Assembly (NCBI GenBank): GCA_000934665.2
Contig: KZ538058.1
Location: 1 to 64,000 of the forward strand
DNA: 64,000 bases
From: Catajapyx aquilonaris
Taxonomy: Eukaryota
Direction: 5' to 3'
Shown: positions 50,501 to 64,000 of the stretch, piece after piece
Position numbering within the stretch: position 1 is the stretch's first letter
How the letters are laid out: every line of letters starts with the position of its first letter
Notes under the pieces: model-generated
Database searches by the model: none
What the model was told of the DNA's origin: nothing
Seen by the model: the letters and a program-made list of their open reading frames with translations, nothing else
Position numbers and translations under genes: made by a program

Positions 50501-53500
50501 ACATACTTCTATGTAAGTACTGTGTATTCCTAAAATCGTCATATGTTATTGTGAATCCACATCTGGATTCGTGCCATAAAGGCAGAATAAAAATAAGATA
50601 TCGTTTTTTTAATGTGCGGTTTTTTTTAACTCAGGAAACTACACGTGCAAATTTTCGCATTTTATGTGAACTATACGTAATTTACAAGCTTAAGCTCTTC
50701 CAAAACTGACAATTCTTGCGCAATTCCTTGTTTGCATTTGCGAACACTACTTCAGTCGTAAAAACTTATGTCACGTCCTGCATAATATTAGCAACTTGAT
50801 GACCTAATTACGCAATAAACAGCGGGAAAACTATAGGAGGCCAGTTCACTAATTTTGAATATCCGCTTGACCACATTGTGCATGTTGTGGGCCGCACGTG
50901 TACTAGTTCAACTGCCACAAAATTCATCAGCTAGTTTTGTATATGCACCGTTCACGTCATATACTCACATGGTGCAAATATTTTCTTCTGGAGTAATAAC
51001 AGCGCGTTTGATTAATAAGAATGTCAGATTACAACACAGAGAATCAGTCGGCCAGATAAAGTGCCTGGAACATAGTATTGTGCACAAGTCTGTGAACCGA
51101 CACGCTCCCCTCCATGCGATTTTTCCAGCTTCCTTACTGCAGATTCCCACCTTGCATTCCATTCCCAGCGCCCCAAACCACCCAGTCCAGCTTCCATATA
51201 CGCACGTGCCCTTCTTCCTCCCTCACAATCTCGTATCAAATGTTCGATTATTCTCTATACTGAAGTCTTACTGGCAAATAAAAATTTCCTCATTGGGTGA
51301 GTGCCCAGTGAAGTGTGTGATCTGCTGTCGAAATAGTTTGAGGAAAACTTCCCGGATTTCCCCGCAGTGCAGAAGCCAAAAAACAACCAAAAACGTGGCA
51401 GTCTCCTGTACTTGTTCAAGCCACTATATTGACAAAAAAATATGTTGAATTTATAAAAAAAATTAACACTTTTAAAAAAGACCATTCAAAGTGACTCACC
51501 ATTTCATACTCTGCGGTGAATGGCGGATATGGATTATAAATATCTGACAAATCAGCAGCGTAACTGGGAACTAAACAAGAAGGCGAACAAGTTCGGCTTT
51601 GTGATGCCTGCAGCATGAGAAAATTACAGAAGTTGTTGAATGTAGTTAAATAATGACATAGAGCAGTGCTGTTTCAACAGTATCGTACAAACAAGAGCAG
51701 GCTTACGCCTATTTGTAGTGTCAGACATTAGCAACGTAAAACGTTCGTAACAAGAGAGTACAGTATATGAAACCTACGGCAAATATTCCGTATGCGCCAT
51801 TTATGAACATTAACAGCAGACATGATGAATAAGGGCATGCAATACGTTAATTTGTGTTTCTATATATTCCTCCATCTCACCACAAAACCGAGACTTTATG
51901 TGTACACCTGTGCGAAATCAGTACGATCTCCAAACAACTCTCGTATAAACCTTTACAATGCAATGTGACAGCAATTGTCATTAAATAGTTAATTATTATC
52001 TATTGCCACGACTGAGTAAAGCAAAATATACCTTGCTCTGTAACCACCTTCAACTAAAGTGTTTTAATCATATGATGACTCAATGGGGAAAACATCAGTA
52101 TAGTAAGTGTAATCGTTATCAATTACTGACGTAAAGTTCACTGAAAAGTTGATACGAAACCAACTGATTCAAAGAATCAAATCCGTCAAAATTAAATTGT
52201 AGTACATCTGTATATTGCTTTATGACGGTCATATATACTGTACAAGTAGAGACTACAGGTTCCTATATTGTTAGTATTGGAGAGTGGTTTATAGTCTACT
52301 GATGAAGTGACCTGAATGCTGAGGCTCAAAAATCTATATCCGATTTCTCTATGACATATCCACACAAACTGAGTGATGCCAATCGTCCTCGATAGACCAA
52401 CTGAAAAAATTATACTCCAGCCTATCGCAAAATATACGACCCATGAATTCTGTTTCTCACTGTGCAAATCTCGTGCTTAATAGTTTATGAGGTTTTCCCA
52501 AACTAGTCTCCTTGAATTCATTGTGATGTGATCGATGTGGCAGTTCGATTTCTCTTCCATAGTGGTATGTAATGATGTCAAGTAATCCCATTAGCTCGCC
52601 GAGAAAATACGCTACAAAAAGCCTTATTTTTCCACTCAGACCTAATGTATTACCCACACGGCCCCACAAATCACGAGATCTGCTATCGCTAGCAAGAATA
52701 TTTCCAGGCAGTTACAGTAGCAATCGTGATAGGTCAATAACAACATGATCTTGACAATTACAGGTAATTGTGAGGATGACCTAACTGGCAGTATATTCCC
52801 TGTGATTACCTTACTTGACGCCACATGCAGCAATGACAACGTCCGTCTAAAAATAATGCAGAGTACTAAGTTATTGTCGTGGAATAGATCAAGAATTCGC
52901 CAAAATCCCCATTACGTGGGACTAATTACCCTGTACATGCCGACGTTTCTCGAACTTGGTATGTAAGCCAGTCATATAAGTCTAGACACATCTTGAAACC
53001 TGGAATTCCCATAACCCATAACGAGGGGACTCTGGCATAAGGAGCTCCTCTGAACAGTCAGGGGGTTAAGCTGCTAAAAATGGGTTCACCCATTTCTCAT
53101 GCATGCCCCATGGATTCCAAATGGGCCATTTCCAATGCCCGGACTACGAGGTTCATTGCAATTCAGGGAATACTTCCATTCAACGTAGTATTATAGCAGG
53201 TAATATTATTGACAGGCCAAAAAACTCTTAACTGATTAATAATCCACAGTTTTGTACAAAAAATTGCTAACTGCAATAAATATTAAGTTTGGAACAGGTA
53301 TTTACGACTTGATATTATACTGTAACAATAAGTTTAAATATCAATATTGCACTCTGTCTTAATGTATGAATCGAATGACATGCATCTCATGTGACGCAAG
53401 ATTGTATGGTATGTTACTGAACGCAAGACCTTTGGTGACAAGTAAGTCCACAAGAATATATGTATTTGTTTGTAAATGTCCCGAATGAAGAAACGGTAAG

Positions 53501-56500
53501 GCCATAAACAAGTCGAATAACAATCTGCACCAAAACCCTCCGTGAAAATATTCCTTCAAGTACAACTAAACAATGCGAAGTACAACTCACCAGACACCTG
53601 TTACCCGGATGCTGATACTTGAGAGTGCTCCATTTAAAAGTATATATTCCAGCGCATAATTTTCACATCATTTGCATATACATTATCTGTGCTTAAATGA
53701 TATATGTCCATTTTTACGAGTTTTATTATTCACCCAGTAATCTCTTAACTTTGCGGAAGAATTGGCAAATGTTGGCTTGCACCCGACGTAATCGCATTCA
53801 CTCGACAGCGTAGTTTCTGCATGGGGTCAACAATTTATTCACAAAGTACACAACTTCTCACAACACTAAGAGTCTCCAACACCAACAGTGAGTGCATGGA
53901 AAGTCTCAAACTTTTGCTACTTTCGGCAGGCATTAACGCTTCAATTGTTAGCACCCCAACTGTTAAGCTCGTAGTAGGGAGTGACGTCGTAAAAGGATAG
54001 TAACCTCCTCAACTTGGCAAAATGGCTCGGAACCCCCCCCTTGTTGACTCCGAGGTGCAGAACGGACAACGTCAGCCTGAGATATGACTTTGGACCTCTT
54101 CGTAAAGAGTTCTGCAGCAGTTCAGTACCACGTCAATATTTCTCAGCAATTCGTGTAGAAGCGCCTGATTAATATGACAATAATTTACACTGCGAGTCCA
54201 TAATTTTGTTTCATGACGACGACAGCTCAATGACACGAAGGGAATTCCTAATTACTATCTTATTGGGGGCATCACATGGAGGAGATTTAAACTTTTGGCA
54301 CGAATTCTCAGTCTTCCTTTCTTGGTTTCCTACATTACAGTCACGATATCCTTCCATGTAATGAAAATAACCGACACTATTCCCACACATGAATGCATCT
54401 ACCTGCCGGTGCTTGTACGCAATAAGTATTCTATATATCCGGTTCCTGGTATGGTGTTTGTATTAAAATAATTCTCAATTAACATATTTTGCAAGAGCAT
54501 TGTACAGTTCACAACGATTGAAACCTTGGACAAACCTGGGAATTCTGTGTCATCATCAATCACTTGAGATGTGCCCCTCAGTTGTTGAAAATGGGACCTC
54601 TCTACCAACCGAGAGCAATCAATTCGATCTACTCGGTTCATGGAAGGTGTCACAACGCCACTACGTTTACTCATACGTCTTATTGACTTCGGTGTTCACC
54701 TGCAGCGTCGAGACTGTCGGATGTGTTCAGCTACTATTAGCACTCACCCCTCCTAATTTATGAACAATTTTTTTTGCGACAATTTGATTACAAAAATATT
54801 TAAAAAATGCCCCCAGAATAATACCAGCATACAGTATGTTTCAAATGAAAGTACACGTAGTCCGACAGCAGTATTTCTTAAACTTTAATCGGTGCTAGTC
54901 CACTTGATATCTATTGTTTCCAATTTCACACTTCATCCATATGTAACTACACTGCGTCACTAAGCTTGAAGTACAGCTGGTGTTGTAAACACCCATTACT
55001 GCTACATCTGTACATTACAAACGGTATCATGAACAGGAACTTTTCGTCACAGTTGTTCCACAATATGCAAAAATATTCTCTCCATCAAACCCGATTGTGA
55101 TGTCATTGCTATACGGAAAACCTGTAGCTCATTGTATGAGGCAGGTACGTCAATGTGATGGCGCTTTTATGCATACTGATAACCATAAAGTGGAGTGATA
55201 AAATCATCACATGAAGTTAAATTTTACGCCAAAACAACAAGGTGCCTGCTTAAATTTTCTGACCATGATTCCTCACTGCATTGCCATTGGGCGTTTACAT
55301 TAGCACATTTGATACCCCCATATAGGCCTATATACCCACGATCCTCATGCAGGGCCATGCTTCTAGTTTTGTACAAAATTTATGGCCATATACGTTATTT
55401 TTTAACTTATTAATGCATCAATACAACAGTGATGGAGAAAAGAATGCGTCTGAGGCAATGTTGGCCAGACACACACTGATTTTCCCTTGCCCTAGGCGTG
55501 ATTAGATAAGCCTGACCCTTCCAGCGAGGAACCAAAAAATTCCAGAGTTTCCTTACCCGCAGCCTGCGCCTGCACGAAATCAAACTGCTGTACTCAGAAA
55601 CATCACCATCGAGTACAGAAATGACAAAAATTTCTATACACTTATGTCCTTGAACACCGCATTACGACACCAGAATAACAAGGAGTAAGTTCCATGATGT
55701 CGTATACCCAGAAAGATAAAAAATTCCGCCTTGCTAATGCATGAGCTCGTTGCATTTGTTTCTTTACATGTTAAAGAGGCGCTATAAGCTGTTAAAATAT
55801 TTGCAACTTTCACAACGTCGTTTATACAGCACGTAATAACACAGCCGGTTATTCAGTCTGGCTTGCGAAGGAAAGTGAAGCTGCGGGATATATCCTTCCC
55901 TTCGCGCATAAGGACACAGGGTCGCATTACGAATTAACCAGATATTTTCCGCCGACACGTACAGGTTTACTCGGACAGGGTGGAGAGGGTCAATGTACGA
56001 ATTCATCCAGCTTGCTGCATTCTCAGTTGCAACCTGCCGTGTGAGACTCAAGTCGTGAAAAAAGGCCCATGTTGCACTCGAGAGAATCCATCCTTTTTTA
56101 AAAATCTTTTAATCTGGTCAAACACTCATTTCACTCTGCATGGTTATGCTTATGTCGGTAAGATAATCCTGCGTAACTGACTCGTTGCTATGCCACAAGT
56201 GGCACGCACTTCCCACATTTACTTACTGATCACGTGGAAATATTCCCAAGAGTCGAGATTCCATACAGCGTTTGGTTATCAAGATTGATACCACCTCGTC
56301 CCCACAAAAAAAAAAAAAAAAAAAAAAATGCAGACGTTCACATCATCTACTGCTATATGCTCAAACCTGTGCGTCTACACAAAGTTCCAGCCAGTCTGGG
56401 GGGAAATGCATGGTACCAGCGAAAATTGCAGAAAGATGTGTGACAAGTTCAACTGAGGCACGGAAGGGGAGCCTTACTAATTTAAGGCAAGTATGAAATT

Positions 56501-59500
56501 TTCAGCAGCTAACTCCCCGGGGAACAACTCACCCGAAATTAAAGTTCCGAGTAAATTCTATCCTCCAGTCAGAACCGTATAATTCTGCAAGTATCTCAGA
56601 ATTTCACACCCATGGCGTCTATTCCAATGGGTGAAATAATTATCCCCACTATTTCTCTCCAACAGGTTGGAAAGCAATATCTTGCTGGAACGTCATCATC
56701 TTCTACTCTCGAATGTAATCTTGGGTATCGAAATCATGGCTGGAATTCGCAGAAACGCGCGGAATTTTGGGGGGGATCCCACGCAAAAATTTTACCCGAG
56801 TGTCGGACCCCCCTCGACCATCTCTCCCGATTTACGTTCCACTAGGTGGTACCTGTGTTGCCAAATTTTGTGCGCCGAGATGCAAACTGGGGGCCCAATC
56901 TGCCCATCTTCCTCTCCACTGCGAGCTTATACATTGTCGCTTTTATGGGGCCAGCCTGCTGGCAGTTACTGCGCAAGTCGTCCTTTTTTGCAGCACCTCT
57001 TTATTAAGGCTTACAAGGTGTGCCTGCGTCCCGAAGGAATAATACAAACACTTTCCCTACTCCCAGCAAAGCTGGCTATTGTTTTCACTCGCCACATTTT
57101 GACGTCCCGAGGGACCAGTAGTCGCCTCCAATTTTGTCGACAGTGCCGGTGTGGGCACAAGTACTGCACACTTGTCTCCCCAATTGTTATTTTTCATTAC
57201 ACCTGCTACCTGCTTGCTCCTGCACTTGTGCGACACCGATTCAAAATGGCAGAAAGGAGAGTGGGGGGGCTTCTCTCTCTCTCTCTCGACTCTGGCTGCT
57301 TCCTGTGTCACCGGGTCTCACGTGACCCTGCGGCTCGTTCCACGCTAAATGCCTGCTTCCTGTGCTGCTCTTAGCAGCCTGCCAGGTATTAGTGCTCATA
57401 TTAAGCCGGTCGAAGCAAAGATTATAAGCGGTAATAATGGCACCACTGAAGATGGGCTCCGGTATCTACACCGAACCATCAGGGCTGCTCGTTCACACGC
57501 AGCTGAAATCGTGCGCCTCGGCTATATTCACTTCTTCCCCTTCTCGACACGTATTTAAGCTGCACGAGGATATAATAATGACTATGAAATATTAAAACAA
57601 CGGTATATCAGACATTGGAACGAAATGAGCATTAAACTTAATTTGATTAAACTGGTATAGGCCTACTCCCGAATAGTTACTTTTCTGGGTACAGCTATAC
57701 GTAATAGGCTATTATCATACTTCCACTCCTACTGTTTTAGCCTCAGTTGCCTTGGCTTATTCCATTAAACAAACTATAGGTCCTGAACTGAAGTTTCTGT
57801 AAGATATCGGGAATGACCCATTTGGAATCACTGACATTGGAGATCAAGGATCAACGCCATTTCCCCGGGTCAGCCCTGCTTCCATCCAATGAAATAAAAT
57901 TATATCAGCTCCTTTTAGTAACTGATAATGTATAAATAATAAAATATGCTAAGCACCAAAGTTTCAATAAGAAATGACACTGTATTTAGGAAATAGATTA
58001 TTTTACATTTTGTTTAGAAATAATCTTTGTTACTGCGATTTCCATGTAATGAATTTCTGAATCAAAGTGAACAGAAGATCCGACAATGTCCAATTCATTC
58101 GTATCACGAGAATCCATCTCACATTAGCCACACGCAAAATGACGTCCTCGCGAAACTAGTGCAAAAGTACTATAGAAGGTCACGGAGTATACCAAACTTG
58201 CTGCACAAAGGTCTATTGCGCATTACTCGACCATCAAAATGCAGCCCGTGATGCTACACTAACAACCTGCACCCAATCATTCCATCATACGTCCTTGAAC
58301 TACCCTTATAAGATATAGACTCATCAATTAAGGAATATGTCGTAATAGTGGCCTATTCCATACTTTCATTGGTATGGCTAATCAGTTATTTATGTTTCGT
58401 GCATGTCCGTGTGGGCCTTTGGTACCGGAATGTTCTATTTACGTAGATAGCCATGCATGAAACTGCACACGAGTACGTGTATAGAGAGGCGTTAACGCTT
58501 TCTCTATCAATAGAAGCTCAAACTGTAGGCAACAGTTTATCAAAGGTCACATTTACTAGTACGCTAGAGCCGAGTGTAACCCTGCATCCGATTAATCAAA
58601 CGTTAATTTATGAGCTCGTTAAATTAAAGTGCTATAACAATAAAATGGTTTATTAACGAAGTAAATGAAACGTGGGATATGCACAGAGGTATTAAAATTC
58701 AATGCGAAAGAATTAATGCGAGCACCCTCGTTGCAATGACTTCGTAACTGGAATGGCACGGTGTCATTACCGCTGTACATTTTGTTGCTGCTCCTGTGCG
58801 AGTAGCACGTCGTGTAAGACACGGTCGATAAATCGTATCAACAACACTGGCAGAAATGGTTTCAATCACTTCACGCAACCAAAACCTCCAAGATGGAGCC
58901 ATTACCCCCTATACCGCCCACCAAATACCGATAAGAAAAAAAAAGAAGAAGAAGAATCTGAAGGCATCTCCTTTCTCTGAGGAATCCTCTTTCCACCTGG
59001 CACGAATTCACCTTGGAAAGTTATGCTTGCCAACTTCCACCTGAAGACTTTCGGCCTGGAAACCTGCCGAATAATTACCTCTTTCCACCCCTCCCTCACC
59101 ATCTCTTCCCCCAGCCTCCTCCCCCAATCCACCCTTGCTTGCCGGGACTGCTGCCATACAAGGAAGGAGGACGAGTGTGGCAGTCAGCTAGGACCCTTCC
59201 CAGACGAGCACCGCAAAATGTCCCCTCGGATGGCAGCCTCCACGACTACACCAGAGGTGGCCAGAAACACCATCATGCTCCAAACAACATGGGGGACCTC
59301 TCTTATTCTGATTTAGTGGTCGGAAGGACCCGAGGCATTCCTTGACAGACCACTTAACATTATGACAGTGTTGCCACGTATTCGACACAACGCGGCATTA
59401 TTAGCTATTGCCAGGATCTGGCTGATTCACACTGTTCGAGCTGTGATTACGACACAATGGTTTTTCACGTTGCATATGAATATACTCTGGAATACTGTAC

Positions 59501-61514
59501 GCACTGGGCCCGCAGTTATATATAAAACTAGCCACCACGTGACTCGCGTACAGTAAGCTGACTAGTGCATTTCGTACAAAGACCCCTCGCACCGTACGCA
59601 CGTTGTAATAATTCTGCAATTAAAATTCCCCAAAGTTAATAGCCGAACCCAGTTTGCATTGCAAAAGTATGTTACAATGCAGTCGCGTTGGAATTTCTCT
59701 GTGCATATAAGGTACATGTCAACGCATAATAGCACTTGGCACAAGACTATTTATGGGAGTGAAGGAGAGCTCTTGCATGATGTATTCTTGATGTCTACCA
59801 GACGTGGTGGCAAATTGCTACTACTCGCAATCTGAAGCGTCATTCTCGGAATAAATTAGCCTTGTCCTTCACTAAAATTCTACCAACAGTTCCACAAACG
59901 CGGGCATAAGCTTGTGCTAATTAGCAACGTCTCCATATTAAGCACCCTAAGCTGTATCTTATAAAGGTTCATAAACACGTGCAGTGACCCACTGATAGGT
60001 GGAATTGTTCGATTAGGCATAAAAACCAATATTAATAATTAAACGTGACAGAAAAAAATCCCCGTGCCTTTTTGGTCGTGGTAATTCCCACATGTTCAGG
60101 TACAGTACAACTGCGAGAAAAAAATATGAGAGACGACTGGTGGCACACAGTTTTGGTTCATTTTATTAGCCGAGGCAACTAAAGCTACCAGATATTACCG
60201 GTATTCAGGTATGACTTCGTGTACTGTACAGGAGCACACTGCTAATGATATCTACCAGCATTCCAAGAAACTCGCAATATTTACGTCACCAACAGTCTAC
60301 AACGCTACATCATTTTTCTAACTATGGTGCTGCATCTTCTGTAAGAGAATTTACTCTCTCTTGCGAAGCATATTTCTATAAAAGTGAAAATTATATATCA
60401 GTACTTGTTGTGTATATCATACCAGTTACTTTTCTGATTCACAATTTAAAATAGATATGCTTGCAACATTTAGTGAGTGTAAGCAGAGCTGTATGCTTCA
60501 TGGCAAATACACTGGGAGGTATGTTACTAACCAATTTCCCATTCTAAACTGAGCTGTGCTGCTTACATCGCCAGTCCCATGTCACTCTGCTTCATTCACT
60601 TCCATCTCATGTTTGCCCACCCCGTTCTATATTTAGCATTAAAAATCGGTATACAGGTATCACGAAAAGTTACTTCATCACTAAATTAGTTAAAATGTTC
60701 CTTCTGGAATAAGCATGCATGCATAATTAGATGTACATATTTTCTCATAAAAGTAACTGGAAGTCTGCTGAAAAATATCCCGATTTACTGATTAAAAGTT
60801 TTCATATCAACCGAGAAAATAGGTGTCACAGAAAAACTATACTTAGAAAATGAAGAAGAGTTTGACACAAGTCAGCGCCTTTACTACAATACTTCGGAAG
60901 TGCGGAAGAATCGGGAGAATTACCGAAGAAATCGGCACGTGCACGGAGAGAACAAATAAAAACGCGTTTCATACGAGAAAATCCATTTCCCTATCCGACC
61001 ATATAAATGATGATATCAGATACCAGACCTATAAACGATTTATACTACCATGCCTCCCTTGATGCCTCCCTCATTTGTTGAATGCCATGGTCGAAGGTTC
61101 AACAATCAGGTAAACCGTGTAATGGCATTTATTCACGGGTTGGCAACAATTATTATTCCTTTCGGAAGATGATCAAGCGTAATCATAATCAAGTGCACAC
61201 TTGAAGAAGAGTGGCCAACCCATCGGTCATCATTGAGAAATGAGTCAAGTACACTTTGTAGCACTGCAGGCCTTGCACAGCCTTCCTCTCCCGATTAGCA
61301 AGTAAAATGATGAATACCAGCACGGTTACAGTCGTGTACAAACAAATTTCCCCCATTATTTTGTCCGGAGACAAGCCGATATCCGTGCAAAAATAATTGT
61401 CCCCAGGCAACATAGTCCACAAAGGGTAATTACAGCTTATAAATCCCACGCTAATTTAAGCTGCAGTATTGAAATTATTTGACTTTATGGCATATCATGT
61501 CACTACTGCTATTC

Positions 61515-61620
61515 CGATGATTCTGGGTTCGATTCTCGCTAAGCAACACCCTCGCCCAGATTTTGTGTGGCCATTTCCGTGTGAATATTGGAGTAGATCT
61601 CACAATGGCCCATAAAAGGT
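61515..61620 (+). mobile_element. Possible tRNA-derived SINE fragment
   Basis: B-box-like GGTTCGATTC at 61526-61535, followed by caccctcg...ttttgtgtgg reminiscent of arthropod SINE bodies. No cloverleaf or clear A box found. Confidence 0.3.
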
Positions 61621-62064
61621 GAATACGAATCCCCCTCCTAAATCCCACCTTTGAACAGAAACGATATGATAGCGTATAACTGAAATATAGGTTTCCCTAA
61701 AAATGTTTCGTAAATTTTAATAATAAATAGTCTATACTCTATAGTGACTCATATTGCAATACCAGAGCTCGGAAAATAACCGCAGCAACATAGAGTCCTA
61801 CCTGTAACCAGCAGCATTCACTCGCAGCATAGAGGACCACTAAGTGAATGAATTACTATTAAACTGTTAAACAGCAACACGTAAAATATCACACCTTCCT
61901 GTACACACATTGCACTATCCGTACAGTAACTTGAAACGTTGCAATTCCAACGTAAACTAAAGTTAATGTAAACACTCTATGTGGGCCATCCCATCACCCT
62001 ACATGGACACCTTTAATGCAGTAGTATTAGTACATATTAATACATCATCATCGTAGTGGTCCAT

Positions 62065-62102
<38 letters not shown>

Positions 62103-62115
62103 ATTATTATTATTA
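62065..62115 (+). repeat. Compound microsatellite (TTG)12(TTA)5
   Basis: Direct reading. Confidence 0.9.
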
Positions 62116-62949
62116 CGTCCAACAGCATCTCTAGATTATATCTGATGTCACCTCAGCATCATCACTGCAAGCTATATGGACCAATTACTGAGAAAGTAGT
62201 CTTGTCTAAGTAATGCTACCTTCGAGTTAGCAAAAACTATGGTCCACATGATAGAAGGAATTTTTATTCTGAACAGTCACAGCACGAATGAGACGTTGAA
62301 AAAAATTTATTATAGAGATACTTCAATTCGCCCGAATGTTTGTGCCTGACAAACAAGCATACAGTACCTATATTTCCAGGTATAAGTGATTTCATTCTGT
62401 TGCTCCCACTTGTTGAAAACTAATGCAATTGCGAAATATTCACAAGAACTAACCCCCTAATATTTGCTTAAATCCCAAAGTAGTTAGCGCAAAAAAAAAA
62501 AGCACGCTTCCTGTAAGTCACATTGGAATCCACTCTGCCAGGAAACCCAAGTTGTTATAAAATGGCTTTTATGTGCACCGAGTGGTAAAAGTCTGAGAAA
62601 CTCGTCCTGTTTCACGGAATACAGCCATGTCTTGGAGACGCCACCTCAACATTTGCCGTGGTTTTGCCTCCCCTTCCGTCAGAGGCTATATTCTCTCCGC
62701 TCAATAAGCGAGCTTCAGCAGAAATTCTCACAAAGTGGTTTATAAACAGGCCCTAATTTCTTTTTAAATCCTCCGACTAATCGGCAACGACAGCTGAAAT
62801 ATTCTCAGCATTATTCCGATGTCTTAAAACAGTAAGTATCAATTAATCGTACGAGCCCGTACTAACCATGCATAATACCAAGATAATACTCATGTGATAA
62901 TCACAGGTGTAAATAAATGTATTCATCACTAAACGTTGCACAAAAAAAA

Positions 62950-63135
62950 ACTCCGAATTTTAAAGACACAGAATCAATTTCGTATGAGAAGCAGTTAATG
63001 GAGGCGATTAAGAAAGTTTTTCCCATGTGTTTGGCTGGGAAACTCTTCCATATAAATGAGATCGAAATGTTATATGGTCTATATCCTTTAGGGAAAAAAT
63101 TTGTCTCGCAAGCAACATGATCAAGAACTAGGAAG
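62950..63135 (+). pseudogene. Probable decayed Mutator (MULE) transposase fragment
   Basis: SYEKQLMEAIKKVFPMCLAGKLFH resembles the MULE motif D(F/Y)ExAxxxAxxxVFPxxxxxxCxFH. After a frameshift, NLSRKQHDQELG resembles the usual downstream WRKIQELG. The catalytic D and the C are lost. Confidence 0.4.
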
Positions 63136-64000
63136 CAACTGGTTGTTCGTGTCAAGAAAGAGACGGATTTCTTGTCACTTGGATTTCGTCGAATGCTTCC
63201 CTGGCCACATGGAGTTTTTTTTTTTTTTCGCAAACTATTTGACGAATAGCACAAGATATTGAACAGTTTTAAATCACTACCTATAGCTAGCAGGGCCATA
63301 AATCGTATTAGTAATCACTGCTTGTATGGTTATTATTGGCATAAACATGTGGATGAGGGGGGTTTCGAACCACCCTGTGTAATGTAAAATCCTTGTCATT
63401 AGCTATCAAGTCGGCTTAAAAGTAAAGCTTTTAATAACAATATAGTTAATGGCAATTTATCTTGCCCAATCTCTGTGACGTTAACTCATATTAATACGTC
63501 AAATCCTCCTTATAAGCTCAAAATATTTTGCTTCGAAATGAGCAAGAATATCAATTACGCCAATACCAGATGTTTTCCTATTTCTACCACCCTACACATA
63601 TCAATCTCTAGATTAAAAATTTTCTCTACAATTTCCCCGCATGATTTTATGGATTCCATTCACATACCTGAACCATGTCTAATAGGTGCTGAATAAACCT
63701 GTTCAGTGGGCAATGTAGAACAATGCACAACAAAGGCGACAAGGTCATTTCATCCAGCCAGCAGAGAGCACTTTTTCTGCAGTAGTAATCTCAACTAGGA
63801 ACAGATTTCCGCTTCATGCTACACTCACTGGACAACTACTGAACAACTGAGCAATAAAAGGTATGGCAGGGTATGAACCTGCTAAGAGGTGATCCACACA
63901 AACGGGACAGAAACTAAAACACTGGCTGAAGAAGTTCAATATTTTTGTGTACTGAGTCAACAAATAGTGGGTACTTTTTTCCCTCGAAAGTTTGTGCAGT

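Noticed and set aside
50855..51448. 197-aa ORF
   Set aside because: Non-ATG start, non-coding-like composition, no motif.
56667..57374. 235-aa ORF
   Set aside because: Non-ATG start and no recognisable family; likely a chance ORF in a regulatory-looking region.
61112..61142. AATGGCATTTATTCACGGG resembling miR-263a
   Set aside because: Seed mismatch, 5-nt internal deletion and no pre-miRNA-sized hairpin.

Overview
Eukaryotic (animal, most likely arthropod) genomic DNA with GT-AG introns. The first ~23 kb is gene-dense. It holds a 5'-truncated variant 5S rRNA gene at the window edge, an F-box/LRR gene, a METTL2-family tRNA m3C32 methyltransferase, a canonical alpha-tubulin (all + strand), and a 15-coding-exon Tousled-like kinase (Tlk) on the - strand converging on tubulin. 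The remaining ~41 kb has no recognisable host coding exons. It looks like the long 5' intronic/regulatory region of Tlk, with G/C-rich islands, GAGA repeats, YY1/Pho and CRE motifs, orphan splice donors and decayed transposon pieces. Best lead: an upstream METTL2 exon has two donors 5 nt apart. One gives an in-frame Arg-rich, mitochondrial-presequence-like N-terminus. The other gives a uORF whose TGA overlaps the downstream ATG, suggesting a splice switch between mitochondrial and cytosolic enzyme. Second lead: a ratchet-point-like (recursive splicing) AG|GT site upstream of the first Tlk coding exon. All exon models were derived by hand from splice consensus and frame continuity; no database searches were run.
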